In this document: in pieces, positions 1 through 9,519 of the stretch
How the letters are laid out: the number at the start of each line of letters is the position of its first letter
Numbering within the stretch: position 1 is the first letter of the stretch
Source of the DNA: Candidatus Woesearchaeota archaeon
Lineage (GTDB): Archaea > Nanobdellota > Nanobdellia > Pacearchaeales > GW2011-AR1
Assembly: GCA_964503975.1 (NCBI GenBank)
Contig: CAZDCI010000002.1
Span: 1-58,932 of the forward strand
Length of the DNA: 58,932 nucleotides
Direction: 5' to 3'
Program-made: the position numbers and the translations under genes
The notes under the pieces: generated by a model
What the model was told of the DNA's origin: nothing
Seen by the model: only the letters and a program-made list of their open reading frames with translations
The model's database searches: none

Positions 1-1
1 A

Positions 2-430
2 GTTATTTTTAAATTTCATAAAGAAAGCACTAAAGAATGGTTGCAAGAAACATGGAGTTTTTCTAAACTACTTTTGCCCTTATTGTTTATAGGGGTTTTC
101 ATTGCAGGATTTATAATGCCTTTACTTCCAGAAAAATTAATTTATAGTTTAGTTGGACAAAACACTCTTTTAGGAAATATTATCGCTTCTGTGTTTGGGG
201 CATTTATGTACTTTTCAACCTTAACAGAAATCCCAATACTGCAGGCCTTGATTGCTAAAGGCATGGATTCCGGGCCTGCACTTGCCCTGCTTCTTGCAGG
301 ACCTTCTTTAAGCCTTCCAAATATGTTAGTCGTAAGAAAGGTTTTAGGTAATAGAAAGACCGCAGTATATATTTTATTGGTTATTATTTACTCAACTCTT
401 GCCGGGTTGATCTTTGGAAAGTTTTTCTGA
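2..430 (+). CDS. Predicted permease (PF03773/ArsP-like family), C-terminal part; 5' end lies outside the window
   Basis: Frame is open from nt 2, with no stop before the TTG at 41. Product is hydrophobic helices with the GPALALLLAGPSLSLPNMLVV motif typical of this permease family. TGA stop at 428-430. Confidence 0.6.
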   Translation, partial: VIFKFHKESTKEWLQETWSFSKLLLPLLFIGVFIAGFIMPLLPEKLIYSLVGQNTLLGNIIASVFGAFMYFSTLTEIPILQALIAKGMDSGPALALLLAGPSLSLPNMLVVRKVLGNRKTAVYILLVIIYSTLAGLIFGKFF

Positions 431-447
431 ATTGTTTTTAAAATCTA

Positions 448-476
448 AGAGTTGGTTAAGGATTGGTTAAAACTCT
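448..476. repeat. Hairpin AGAGTT / AACTCT enclosing the conserved loop GGTTAAGGATTGGTTAA
   Basis: The same 17-nt loop recurs at 2158-2174 inside a different stem (GGGC/GCCC). Degenerate copies occur near 2623, 3172 and 49866. Confidence 0.5.
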
Positions 477-678
477 GAAACAACATGTCTATGACATGTT
501 ATTCTCAAATTTATTCTGAATATTTATTATATTCTTCTTTTTAAATATTTAATCTTTTGAAAGAATCACATACGATTATAATTATATTCGTAATTAAGAA
601 TACGATAGAACTGAATCCTTTATAATAAAAAAGAAAAAATAATAAAAAAAAGAAAAATTAAACAACTATTTGCAAAGA

Positions 679-1965
679 TTAGGCAACTGTTGCTGTTGGC
701 AATCCAAATCCAGAAGCAGGGTCATAATCTTCACTTGCATGCTGACCTTGTGTTATATCTTCTGATACGCTTTGTAAATGTGTTCTTGTTTCTGAAGCGT
801 TACTTTGCCATAACTTAGCTGCTAATCCGCTTATATGTGGAGTAGCCATAGATGTGCCTGAAATAGTATTATAACAACCATCCTTCCATGTCGACAATAC
901 ACTTACTCCTGGAGCTGCAACTTCCATGTATCTGTCATATTCAAAACTGAATGTTGTTGAATTAATTCCTCTTGAAGAAAAATCAGGAACTTTATCACTA
1001 CTATCTGTAGCTGCAACTGAAACTACGTTAGCAAATCCCCCTGGATAATTTATAGTATCTAAGTCAGGGCCCGAGTTTCCTGCTGCCGCAATAACTAAAA
1101 CTCCTGTTTCAACTGCTCTATCAATAGCGCTTTCTATCTGTGAGTCTGGAGAACTTCCTCCTAAACTCATAGAAATTATAGTTGCGTTATTATCTATTGC
1201 ATAATCTATACCAGCAGCGATATCGTCTCCGTAGCACCATCCTCTTTTATCACACACTTTAACTGTGATTAAACTAGCGTTTGGAGCGACTCCATAAATT
1301 CCTAATTTATCATCTCCTGCGTCGGCAAGAATTGTACCAGAAACATGAGTACCATGTCCATGTCCATCTTCACAATCTTTTGTGTCAGGATTAAATCTCG
1401 TTACTTTTGTTTCACATAATACAATTCTATTCTTCAAATCCAAATGCTCTTGCATAACTCCTGTATCAAGTACTGCTACATTTATACCTGCACCACCTAA
1501 TGTTGATTCAATCGTATTATCGTTGTAAATTCTTTCAATTCCCCATGGTGTTTGGTCTGATGGGTAACATTCTCTTGTAGGTTCTGGATCTGGCTCTTCT
1601 TCACCGTCATCTTCTATTAGAGCACACTCACCCATACCTCTGACAGCCTCACTTTTATCACAATACTCTCCTTCGCCACAATCTTTATCATTTCTACAAG
1701 GATCGCCTTCAGCTATAATAGTGAATATTCCAACTGGCTCTGTTTTTATTCCCATTATTTGAATGGCTTTTAACTGGCCTTTAGAAAGGTCTGCAGAAAA
1801 AACATTTCCAAAATCATGTTTTACATCAATTAATCCTTTTAACATCAAACTATCAGAATGTATGTAATAAGATTCTGGTGTAGTATCAACGTTTTGAGCA
1901 CTTATAAAACCTGTTAAAACAATCATAGTAGATATAATAACAAAAGTCATTAATTTATATCTCAT
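679..1965 (-). CDS. Secreted subtilisin-like serine protease (peptidase S8)
   Basis: Catalytic triad motifs VAVLDTGV (Asp), HGHGTHVSGT (His) and GTSMATPHISG (Ser). N-terminal signal peptide and I9-like propeptide. Cys-rich insert CRNDKDCGEGEYCDKSEAVRGMGEC. Confidence 0.9.
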   Translation of the reverse strand: MRYKLMTFVIISTMIVLTGFISAQNVDTTPESYYIHSDSLMLKGLIDVKHDFGNVFSADLSKGQLKAIQIMGIKTEPVGIFTIIAEGDPCRNDKDCGEGEYCDKSEAVRGMGECALIEDDGEEEPDPEPTRECYPSDQTPWGIERIYNDNTIESTLGGAGINVAVLDTGVMQEHLDLKNRIVLCETKVTRFNPDTKDCEDGHGHGTHVSGTILADAGDDKLGIYGVAPNASLITVKVCDKRGWCYGDDIAAGIDYAIDNNATIISMSLGGSSPDSQIESAIDRAVETGVLVIAAAGNSGPDLDTINYPGGFANVVSVAATDSSDKVPDFSSRGINSTTFSFEYDRYMEVAAPGVSVLSTWKDGCYNTISGTSMATPHISGLAAKLWQSNASETRTHLQSVSEDITQGQHASEDYDPASGFGLPTATVA

Positions 1966-2119
1966 TATTTTTCATTACCTCCTTTCAACCTTATCTCTCT
2001 TAAAGAGTGTAAATATGCAATCCTTTTAGAGTTTTTATAAATTTTGATTTTGGGCAAAACTCTAACGTTTTATTAAGCCCGCATTTTTTTCTCTTTTCTT
2101 GAGATTATTAGTTTATTTT

Positions 2120-2153
2120 CCGAGGGTTTTTAAGCAAAAGTTTAAACCCTAGG
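2120..2153. repeat. Palindromic element CCGAGGGTTT-N14-AAACCCTAGG, copy 1
   Basis: 35 of 37 nt identical to 3007-3043. Arms are imperfectly complementary. A related copy with a longer loop lies at 27079-27120. Confidence 0.6.
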
Positions 2154-2180
2154 GGGCGGTTAAGGATTGGTTAAAAGCCC
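2154..2180. repeat. Hairpin GGGC / GCCC enclosing GGTTAAGGATTGGTTAA, second copy
   Basis: Loop identical to 454-470 with a different, compensating stem. Lies 17 nt downstream of the stop of the 2197-2601 gene. Confidence 0.5.
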
Positions 2181-2196
2181 TTGTTGTTTTTATTTT

Positions 2197-2601
2197 TTAT
2201 TCTTCAAAAAAATATTGAGCAATTTTTCCTTCAGCAGAGAAATTTATGTGAACAGAATCAGGACCTGAGAAAATTTCATATCCATCAGTTAATTCCAACA
2301 TTATTTCGCTTTTTGGATGAATAGGATATGCTTCGTCAACAGGTCGCCTTATTTCGTGATCAAGTAAAATATATCCATTTGTTTCAGTACCTATTTTTCT
2401 TCCATAAAAAGGGTCCTCTAAAGAGTTTATCTTTAAGGTAACTTTGCTCTCGCCAGGAATAACTCTTACAGATTCTACATTCCCTTTTAAGAAATAAGAA
2501 CTATTATTCTCTCCACCACCACAAGCACCTAAAGCAACCAAACCACCAAGTGCTAATGCTTGTGCTCCGTGCTTAACTTTTTGTGTTAGTTTTTGTTTCA
2601 T
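2197..2601 (-). CDS. Hypothetical secreted protein or lipoprotein
   Basis: N-terminal hydrophobic segment ending in the lipobox-like LGAC. No recognisable catalytic motif. Confidence 0.6.
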   Translation of the reverse strand: MKQKLTQKVKHGAQALALGGLVALGACGGGENNSSYFLKGNVESVRVIPGESKVTLKINSLEDPFYGRKIGTETNGYILLDHEIRRPVDEAYPIHPKSEIMLELTDGYEIFSGPDSVHINFSAEGKIAQYFFEE

Positions 2602-2636
2602 TTTATTTTTTCTCCAGGGGGTGGGTTAAGGGCTAG

Positions 2637-2984
2637 TTAATTGTTTACGGGCTTAATATCATTTCCCCACACGCCTCTAGTTGATCCAGAGGCATACGTG
2701 ATAATTGCATCTAATTCTCCATCCCCTTCAAAGTCAACACCCAAGATATTGTGGGTTAAGGGAGAATATTTTGTGTTATCATTGATTTTTGTTTGGAATG
2801 TTTCAACAAATTCTTTTCTTTCTTCCCTTTCTTTTCTCAAGCTTTGCATGTAAGAAGTTTGTTCCACGGACATAAAACCTACAGCAAGAGTCGCGACGAT
2901 TAAGGGGGATACTAGAACCTTTCCAAATAGCCCTAGATCTTGATCTTTTAAGCCTTGGTAAATTTCTTTGATTTTTTTGGTCAT
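2637..2984 (-). CDS. Hypothetical membrane-anchored protein
   Basis: The ORF-track start at 3035 is a TTG. The ATG at 2984 is preceded by AGGAGG. One TM helix, then the FG-GAP-like stretch DFEGDGELDAI. Confidence 0.55.
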   Translation of the reverse strand: MTKKIKEIYQGLKDQDLGLFGKVLVSPLIVATLAVGFMSVEQTSYMQSLRKEREERKEFVETFQTKINDNTKYSPLTHNILGVDFEGDGELDAIITYASGSTRGVWGNDIKPVNN

Positions 2985-3009
2985 TTTCTTATTTTTCCTC
3001 CTTTCTTTC

Positions 3010-3043
3010 CCGAGGGTTTTTAAGCAAAAGTTCAAACCCTAGG
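3010..3043. repeat. Palindromic element CCGAGGGTTT-N14-AAACCCTAGG, copy 2
   Basis: Near-identical to 2120-2153. Ends about 27 nt upstream of the 2984 start codon on the minus strand. Confidence 0.6.
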
Positions 3044-3262
3044 AGAGAGTTCAGACCTAGCAATTAGTATGACCTGAAGCCTCTCCTGGGAAAAAAGAGG
3101 TGATATTATATCTAATTGTTTGTAGTATATAAATGTTTCGTTTGTGTTACTTCTGAAAAATGACAGTCAAGGATTAGTTTATAGTAGTACAACCCTACTC
3201 TAGAGTTCATACGGAATTAGGCACTACACTTATAGATGTTTTAGAGATAGTTAGGTACTACA

Positions 3263-3655
3263 CTAGCTCATCATTCCGGTAAAACCTTCTAAATATGTTC
3301 CACATTCATTACAATAAACATCGTAGCCCTCTCTTCCTGCTAAAGGAATATTATCTCTTATTGAAACATCGTCAACCACCCTTGGTTGTCCCAAGATAAG
3401 ATGTTCACAATGATGGCAAAGATAAGCAAACTTTATTCTCATTCCCTTACCCTCAGGTCTAAATCCATAAACAGTATAGTCTTCATTCTTTGATATAGCA
3501 ATTAATTCTTCATCAGACCCTAGTACTTCAGACATAACGTCTTTTAAATCTTCAAGAGGAATTACTTTTCCTTCTAGTCCGGGATGTTCCTCATACAACG
3601 GATACCAGCCAGCTCCTTCCATATCCCCTGGCGTAAGTTCTGGAATTAGATTCAT
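3263..3655 (-). CDS. Hypothetical zinc-ribbon protein
   Basis: CHHCEH...CNECG forms a four-ligand zinc-ribbon pattern. The ATG at 3655 has TATA-like CTTTTAATATAG about 25 nt upstream. The longer ORF starts with TTG. Confidence 0.6.
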   Translation of the reverse strand: MNLIPELTPGDMEGAGWYPLYEEHPGLEGKVIPLEDLKDVMSEVLGSDEELIAISKNEDYTVYGFRPEGKGMRIKFAYLCHHCEHLILGQPRVVDDVSIRDNIPLAGREGYDVYCNECGTYLEGFTGMMS

Positions 3656-3732
3656 ATAGGAAACACGTTTTTCTATATTAAAAGCATTATTGTGATACAA
3701 AATATTAAAAACAGTTTTAACATCTGTTTAAT

Positions 3733-4674
3733 ATGAAAAAAGAGGTTTTAAATCCGAAGAGAGATTTAACTCAAGAAGAAGTTGAAAATGAAATAAAGAG
3801 AGTCAATCAGGAGCAGATTCATGATATACTTTTCAATAGAGAGATAGGCTGGCAGGACATTATCTATGATTTAATCAACACCGAGCAGTTAGACCCGTGG
3901 GACGTGGATATAGTTATTCTTACTGAAAAATACCTCTTAAAAATTCAAGAGTTTGAAGATGCTGATTTTTTTGTCTCAAGCAAGGTTTTGCTTGCAGCAG
4001 CCTTGCTCCTTAGAATTAAGTCGGAAGTTCTTTTGAACGAGCACATCAAAAGTATAGACGATATTCTGTTTGGTAAAAAAGAGGAAAAAAGATACAAGAT
4101 GGAGCGTATAGAGCTGGATGAAGAAATTCCAAAAATACTTCCCAAGACACCGATGCCGCGTTTCAAAAAAGTCACCTTGAAAGAGCTTATGGATTCTTTG
4201 AACAAGGCAATTAAGACAGAGAACAGGAGAATCAAAAAAGAGATAATAAAAAAGAACGCCTTGAGAGAAACTTCCATTGCCTTGCCTAAAAAAACTTTAG
4301 GAATCAAAGACAAGATAAAAGAGCTTTATGAGAAGCTTAAAACACACCTCAAAGAAAACGACGGGAAAAAACGCGTTTCGTTTAATGAGTTTGTCGGAGA
4401 GGATAAAGATGAAAAAATCATCTCATTTTCTCCTTTATTGCATTTAGACCATCAAAAAAAAGTCTGGCTTGAGCAGGAAACCCATTTGATTGATTTTCAT
4501 ATCTGGCTTAAACACGTTTATTTTAAACACAATCCAGACCCTTTTGCAGACCTTAAAACGGAGGTGGAAAAGCAAGTTGAAAAAAAGCTTGAAGAGCTTG
4601 ACGATGATAAAAAACAGCGCTTAGAAAAGATCAACAAAGATTTTGAAAATCCTTTAGGAGAATTGTTTGGTTAG
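3733..4674 (+). CDS. scpA: Segregation and condensation protein A (kleisin ScpA)
   Basis: N-terminal ScpA signature (GWQDIIYDLINTEQLDPWDVDIVILTEKYL ... SSKVLLAAALLLRIKSEVLL) and typical length. Confidence 0.8.
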   Translation: MKKEVLNPKRDLTQEEVENEIKRVNQEQIHDILFNREIGWQDIIYDLINTEQLDPWDVDIVILTEKYLLKIQEFEDADFFVSSKVLLAAALLLRIKSEVLLNEHIKSIDDILFGKKEEKRYKMERIELDEEIPKILPKTPMPRFKKVTLKELMDSLNKAIKTENRRIKKEIIKKNALRETSIALPKKTLGIKDKIKELYEKLKTHLKENDGKKRVSFNEFVGEDKDEKIISFSPLLHLDHQKKVWLEQETHLIDFHIWLKHVYFKHNPDPFADLKTEVEKQVEKKLEELDDDKKQRLEKINKDFENPLGELFG

Positions 4675-4908
4675 TCAGGCTAATCCAATAAGCCTGTTAA
4701 ATCTTCTGAAAGCAGCATATTCATATCCTGCATCTCCCAACTCCTTCCTTGTCGCATCATTAGGCGCGTAAGCTTCATAAAATTCAGGGTCAACTTTGGC
4801 GTTTCTCCCGTTTCCGTCAAAATACTTCCTAACTTCTTCCGGAATAATATCTAAGTTCCTTGTTATTATTTCAAGTTCTCGCTGTCTCCTTTCTTCTGCA
4901 CACTCCAT
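4675..4908 (-). CDS. Hypothetical protein
   Basis: 77-aa ORF that fills the gap between convergent genes. No recognised motif. Confidence 0.4.
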   Translation of the reverse strand: MECAEERRQRELEIITRNLDIIPEEVRKYFDGNGRNAKVDPEFYEAYAPNDATRKELGDAGYEYAAFRRFNRLIGLA

Positions 4909-4952
4909 AGTTTAACAATAAAAAATCTGAGTTTAAAAACTTTTAGGCGAAA

Positions 4953-5198
4953 TCAGGCAACTTTTTTTATTTCGGCTTCCAAATCAGAAAGATATCTGTA
5001 AAAGCATAAATTAACCTCGCCGTTTTCATTGGGTTTATATCTTTCCCAAAATCTTTCGGTATATTTTGAAATTTCCCAGGAACCTAAATCAAAGATTACT
5101 AATCTTAAAAGCTCATTATTGAGATTGATGGAATGGAGCGCTATGTAAGACTCATTTAAAACGTCAAAAAGTTCTGATTCACCATTTCTCATTTTCAA
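4953..5198 (-). CDS. Hypothetical protein
   Basis: 81-aa ORF, divergent from the Dph6-like gene. No recognised motif. Confidence 0.4.
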   Translation of the reverse strand: MKMRNGESELFDVLNESYIALHSINLNNELLRLVIFDLGSWEISKYTERFWERYKPNENGEVNLCFYRYLSDLEAEIKKVA

Positions 5199-5252
5199 TG
5201 TAAGATGAAATCTTTTTTAAAAATTTATATAGTGCAAAAACAGAGTTTGTCC

Positions 5253-5930
5253 ATGGAACCTCTTAAACTCGGTGTTTTGTATTCAGGAGGAAAAGATTCA
5301 AACATGGCGGCATGGCTTGCGAAAAAGCAAGGACACGAACCGGTTTGCCTGATAACTATTGAATCTGAAAACCCCGACAGTTATATGTTTCACACCCCTT
5401 CAATAAAAAGGACAGAAGCCCAGGCTAAAGCAATGGGTTTGCCTCTTTTAACCGATAAAACCAAAGGAATCAAAGAGCTTGAACTAGTGGATTTGGAAAG
5501 GGCAATTCGTAAGGCTAAAGAGAAATATAAGATTGAAGGGATAGTCACAGGAGCCTTGCACTCAGAGTATCAGGCTTCACGGATACAAAAGATATGTGAC
5601 TCTTTAAATCTTAAATGTATAAATCCTTTGTGGCATAAAGACGAGATGGAGTATTTAAGGGAGATTATCAAAGAAGAATTTAAAGTTATAATTATTGGCG
5701 TAGCCTCTGAGGGCTTAAATGAGAGCTGGCTTGGGCGTGAAATAGATGAGTCTTTTATTGAAGATGTTAAAAAACTTCACGAGAAATACAAAATTCATGT
5801 TGCGGGAGAAGGAGGAGAGTTTGAAACATTTGTTTTAGATTGTCCACTATTCAAAAAGCCTTTGAAAGTCACAGACAAAAAGGTTTTTGGTAAGGGTAAT
5901 GCATGGAAAATGGAGATTTCAGTGCAATAA
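5253..5930 (+). CDS. Diphthine-ammonia ligase-like ATP pyrophosphatase (Dph6 / MJ0570 family)
   Basis: PP-loop LYSGGKDS, then GALHSEYQ and GEGGEFETFVLDCPLF motifs. Start moved to the ATG at 5253 because TTTTTTAAAAATTTATATAG inside the longer ORF looks like its promoter. Confidence 0.75.
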   Translation: MEPLKLGVLYSGGKDSNMAAWLAKKQGHEPVCLITIESENPDSYMFHTPSIKRTEAQAKAMGLPLLTDKTKGIKELELVDLERAIRKAKEKYKIEGIVTGALHSEYQASRIQKICDSLNLKCINPLWHKDEMEYLREIIKEEFKVIIIGVASEGLNESWLGREIDESFIEDVKKLHEKYKIHVAGEGGEFETFVLDCPLFKKPLKVTDKKVFGKGNAWKMEISVQ

Positions 5931-5946
5931 TTCTTATAAATGATAA

Positions 5947-6399
5947 ATGAATTTGACTTTTATGGTTATAGAGCGTATCTCAGAAGAACAAGGGGAAGAG
6001 TTAACTATAAGGTTTCCTGAACCCCAAGATTACGACGGTCTTATGGGGATTTTTTCTTATATATCAAGTGACTTGCCCTGTGATGTTTTTTATCACGCGG
6101 ACGAAAGAGGAAGATTTGAATCCGGCGAGGAAGTCCGCAGAAAAGCAAAGGTTGATGTAGTTCAAGTGAAATTTCCACAAGAAATTTACGCAGGAAGTTA
6201 TATAGGTCATATTATAATGGGTGTAGGGGAGGATATCTCTCACCCTCCTTCAAGAGAACGGAGATACAGTCATTTAAGGATGCGTCCAGAGGAACTACCT
6301 CCGTTTTTCGGTTCAGTAAGAATACCAAAAATTTGGGTGCTTTTCGGAAGGGTAAGAAGTTCAATAGATGATTATTTTAGCCAGCAAGCTTCCGAATAA
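5947..6399 (+). CDS. Hypothetical protein
   Basis: 150-aa ORF with no recognised motif. Confidence 0.45.
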   Translation: MNLTFMVIERISEEQGEELTIRFPEPQDYDGLMGIFSYISSDLPCDVFYHADERGRFESGEEVRRKAKVDVVQVKFPQEIYAGSYIGHIIMGVGEDISHPPSRERRYSHLRMRPEELPPFFGSVRIPKIWVLFGRVRSSIDDYFSQQASE

Positions 6400-6519
6400 A
6401 AATAAACTAAAACCTTTCTTCCCAGCCACTCAAGTCTTCTTCACCCACAGAATCATAAAACTCATCGTCTAACATGTTTACCTGTTAGGTTTTAAGTTTT
6501 TAAAGATTTATATTAAGAA

Positions 6520-6828
6520 TTAGTTAAGAGCCCCTTTGTGGAGACCTTCAATCAGGAGAACACCTAATCCTGATTTTCCTTCGTCGGTTTGGATTCTCGC
6601 TTCAAAATTTTCTCCAGAAAACATTCCAATTATTTGAGAACCTTTGTAATCAATACGCGCCTCATAATCATCTCCCGAGATGTCTCTCAAAGTGTCTTCA
6701 TTATAGTACATATCCACAATATTCCAGATTACATCTTTTCCTATTTCCCTTGCAAGAGCAGGGTCGGGATTTGTAAAAACATATCTCCATGCCTGCCCTT
6801 TGTAAAGTACGCTGTTGTAAAATGTCAT
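6520..6828 (-). CDS. Hypothetical protein
   Basis: 102-aa ORF with the promoter-like AAAAACTTAAAAACTAAAC (minus strand) just upstream. Confidence 0.5.
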   Translation of the reverse strand: MTFYNSVLYKGQAWRYVFTNPDPALAREIGKDVIWNIVDMYYNEDTLRDISGDDYEARIDYKGSQIIGMFSGENFEARIQTDEGKSGLGVLLIEGLHKGALN

Positions 6829-6889
6829 AAAAAACCCATTAATGTTTAGTTTTTAAGTTTTTGCGATTTTTAGTTTTTGTTTTGAGAAT

Positions 6890-8863
6890 TCACCGTCTTT
6901 TTAGACCGATAGTGACAATCAAAATAATTAGTATAATAATCCCAATAAATAAAACAATGGGAATCCAGACAGGAAATTTGGAAGGTTTTTGAATTTCAGG
7001 ATATTTTTTTTCATCAGGTTTAAATGGAATTGTTTTTTCTAACTTTTCAGTTTTTTCTGTTGATAAGACTATTGGCTCAAATATAATGGGAACGCTTTTA
7101 GTGACAAACACCGTCGCTGTTTTCTCATCTTTTTCTCCATCAAAAACAGCTTTTATGTTAAGAGTGTAGTTTCCTTCTTGAGTGCCGGAAGGAATTTCAA
7201 GAAAAAGTGTTTCTGAGTAAGTGTCATCATCACCAAATTCTTCAAGTTCAAAAACGTCACTCTTTGTGGAAACATCCAGTTTTTCTATCCCGGCAACTAT
7301 GTAAACATCTTCATCATTTTTTCCAACGTTCCAAACTTCTGCAAAAATGCTAATATTTTTCCCGGTGGTAATTGTTTCAGGATTTATCGAAAAATCTTTT
7401 ATCACCACACTGTGTTTTTCTCTTTCCAAGTCAATTTCTATTGCATCTTCAACACATTGAATTTTTTCATCACCGTCTTCATAAGCTTTTACAAAGACCA
7501 GATAACTACCATCCTCAAAATCATTTGGAACTTCCATAACAAACTCAAAAGTCTCATCTTCACCACCATCTATTTCTTTTTCATCTTCTAATTCTTCTAT
7601 AACTTCATCTTCATCAATATTGTATAAAGCAACTTCCATTACAATATCTTTATCATCATCAGCAGTGTTTTCCACATCAACCTCTATTTCAATTTCTTCC
7701 CCTGGTTTGAATTCGTCTCCATTGTCCGGATCTTGTATCGTTAAATATAAATCCCCAATTGTCCCTTCTTTACAAGTATCTAAGTCATCAAACAAGGTTA
7801 GATTGTATCTCTCTCCGCTTTCTCCAACCCTGAAAGAACTAAAATGTTCAACTTCAAACACAACCACCCCGTTCGTAGTAGGATTAGGAGTGTAATTTAG
7901 TATATTACAAAAATCACATTCTTTGTTTATTGAGAAAGGATTTACAGTAAACTCATTATTGTAGAATATTTTTGGAATTGTGTTGTAATTTAGTCCCGTA
8001 AGTGTTATTCTTGCAGGTTTACTTAACTGAGGATAAAAAGAAGAATTTATTGCTACAACTCCTTTGTTGATTTTTACTTTTTCATTTAAATTGGTAACGC
8101 CTGTTAAATTTAAATTTTCTAAAAATTCTATTTTTCCTTTTCCTGTTTTTTCCAAAATAACATTTGGAATATCTCCAAGTTCATTTAGATCAAGAGAATC
8201 AAGGTCAGTTGTATTCCCATCAAAACCACTTGTCTCGGGTCTTTCTATGATTAATATCCACTCTTCTGAAACAGTGAGAAATCCATCGGTTGCAAATATT
8301 TCTATCCTGTGAGTACCGCTATCATTGTTAAGAACCATATATTCAAAAGAACTTGAATTTATATCAGAAAAGCTTTTTGCTTCTTTCCCATCCAAGAACC
8401 ATGTATGATTTACAGAATCATTATATCCTGTGTATGTTGAAATGTTAAAATCTTGTACTCCCGTGTGGGAAACTCTTACCTCACTCTTAGAAGGGAAGAC
8501 TTCAGTAACATTTAGAGCTTTCTCTGTCAAGGTAGAGAGATTAAAAAAAACATCTTGTGGATAAACATAATCTATTTCTTGTTCTGCTTTATAATCTCCT
8601 ACAGTGATATTTATTGGTTGATTATAAAGTTCAGGATGTCCTTGGATAAACACCCCATATTCACTATTGCTGTCAACTGCAACATGCGCAAGTTCTGTTC
8701 CGTTCACTGAAAAGTTAACTAAAGTTCCTTCACTGGCAATTCTCCCGTCAATTTTTACATCACCTTTAAATAGAAGAAATTGAGGCACTTGGGGTATTGA
8801 GACAATCAAAGGTATACTTAATAACACACCTAATAAAACTATTGTGAGAATCTTTTTATCCAT
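6890..8863 (-). CDS. Secreted, C-terminally membrane-anchored acidic surface protein
   Basis: Signal peptide, many N-x-S/T sequons, Asp/Glu-rich Ig-like repeats, and a C-terminal TM helix with KRR tail. N-terminal module is shared with the two upstream genes. Confidence 0.75.
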   Translation of the reverse strand: MDKKILTIVLLGVLLSIPLIVSIPQVPQFLLFKGDVKIDGRIASEGTLVNFSVNGTELAHVAVDSNSEYGVFIQGHPELYNQPINITVGDYKAEQEIDYVYPQDVFFNLSTLTEKALNVTEVFPSKSEVRVSHTGVQDFNISTYTGYNDSVNHTWFLDGKEAKSFSDINSSSFEYMVLNNDSGTHRIEIFATDGFLTVSEEWILIIERPETSGFDGNTTDLDSLDLNELGDIPNVILEKTGKGKIEFLENLNLTGVTNLNEKVKINKGVVAINSSFYPQLSKPARITLTGLNYNTIPKIFYNNEFTVNPFSINKECDFCNILNYTPNPTTNGVVVFEVEHFSSFRVGESGERYNLTLFDDLDTCKEGTIGDLYLTIQDPDNGDEFKPGEEIEIEVDVENTADDDKDIVMEVALYNIDEDEVIEELEDEKEIDGGEDETFEFVMEVPNDFEDGSYLVFVKAYEDGDEKIQCVEDAIEIDLEREKHSVVIKDFSINPETITTGKNISIFAEVWNVGKNDEDVYIVAGIEKLDVSTKSDVFELEEFGDDDTYSETLFLEIPSGTQEGNYTLNIKAVFDGEKDEKTATVFVTKSVPIIFEPIVLSTEKTEKLEKTIPFKPDEKKYPEIQKPSKFPVWIPIVLFIGIIILIILIVTIGLKRR

Positions 8864-9519
8864 TTTCTAGGGGATTCAAATTTAATTAGTATCACCCCTA
8901 TTGCAAGAACAACCACAATTATTATAGCAACAATACCCTCTCCAGACCCTAAAAATCCAATAACATTGCCTGTTATCCCAAATTTTGTTTCTTTGTCCTT
9001 TGTTTCAGTTTTGTCTTCTTCTTTTTCAGTGTCTGAGATAGTTGTTAAGTTTGTTGGATTTGTTTCATTTGTTTGCGTACTGGAAGGAATGAAACCTCCT
9101 CCAGAAGAGCCTCCTCCGCCACCACTAGGGTTACCACTAGAAGAGGGGCTAGTTCCTGAACTTGTTGAAGTGCTCACAGCCAAATCAAGATAAATAGTCT
9201 CTCCTCCCTGTCTTGTTGAGTTTCCCGCTAATTTGTCCAGTATTTTGAATTCAATTATAGAAGGGGAAGTTCCCGCGATTCCAGTTTTTACATATAAATC
9301 ATATTTTCCTGCCTCTATAACATCATAGACAGATTCCAGCGTAGAGTCAACATAGACGCTTATTTGGGTTCCTACAGGGGCGTCTTGCCCGTCAATACTC
9401 GCGTTTCCTATGAAATGGTCTGGTATTGGTGGTACGGCAGAAACTAGACCAATTAAGAAGACACCAAACAAAATTAAGGTTATTTCTTTTTTCGCTTTAA
9501 GATTAATTTTCTTTTCCAT
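8839..9519 (-). CDS. Secreted, C-terminally anchored surface protein with Ser/Gly-rich linker
   Basis: Signal peptide ending VSA, module VPPIPDHFIGNASIDGQDAPVGTQISV, an SSGTSPSSSGNPSGGGGGSSGGG linker and a C-terminal TM helix. Overlaps the downstream gene by 25 nt. Confidence 0.7.
   Translation of the reverse strand: MEKKINLKAKKEITLILFGVFLIGLVSAVPPIPDHFIGNASIDGQDAPVGTQISVYVDSTLESVYDVIEAGKYDLYVKTGIAGTSPSIIEFKILDKLAGNSTRQGGETIYLDLAVSTSTSSGTSPSSSGNPSGGGGGSSGGGFIPSSTQTNETNPTNLTTISDTEKEEDKTETKDKETKFGITGNVIGFLGSGEGIVAIIIVVVLAIGVILIKFESPRKWIKRFSQ

Noticed and set aside
3945-4313. Antisense ORFs inside long genes (for example 3945-4313, 7620-7895, 8064-8312, 10689-10919, 12687-13097, 25639-25958, 28067-28928, 31165-31987, 36040-36504, 45143-45696, 57008-58640)
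   Set aside because: All lie within stronger, motif-supported genes on the other strand. Their Ser/Leu/Phe-rich translations are typical of reverse-complement shadows of Lys/Glu-rich coding sequence.
6589-6849. 86-aa plus-strand ORF overlapping the 6520-6828 gene
   Set aside because: It is antisense to an ORF that has a promoter-like element and more protein-like composition. No motif supports it.
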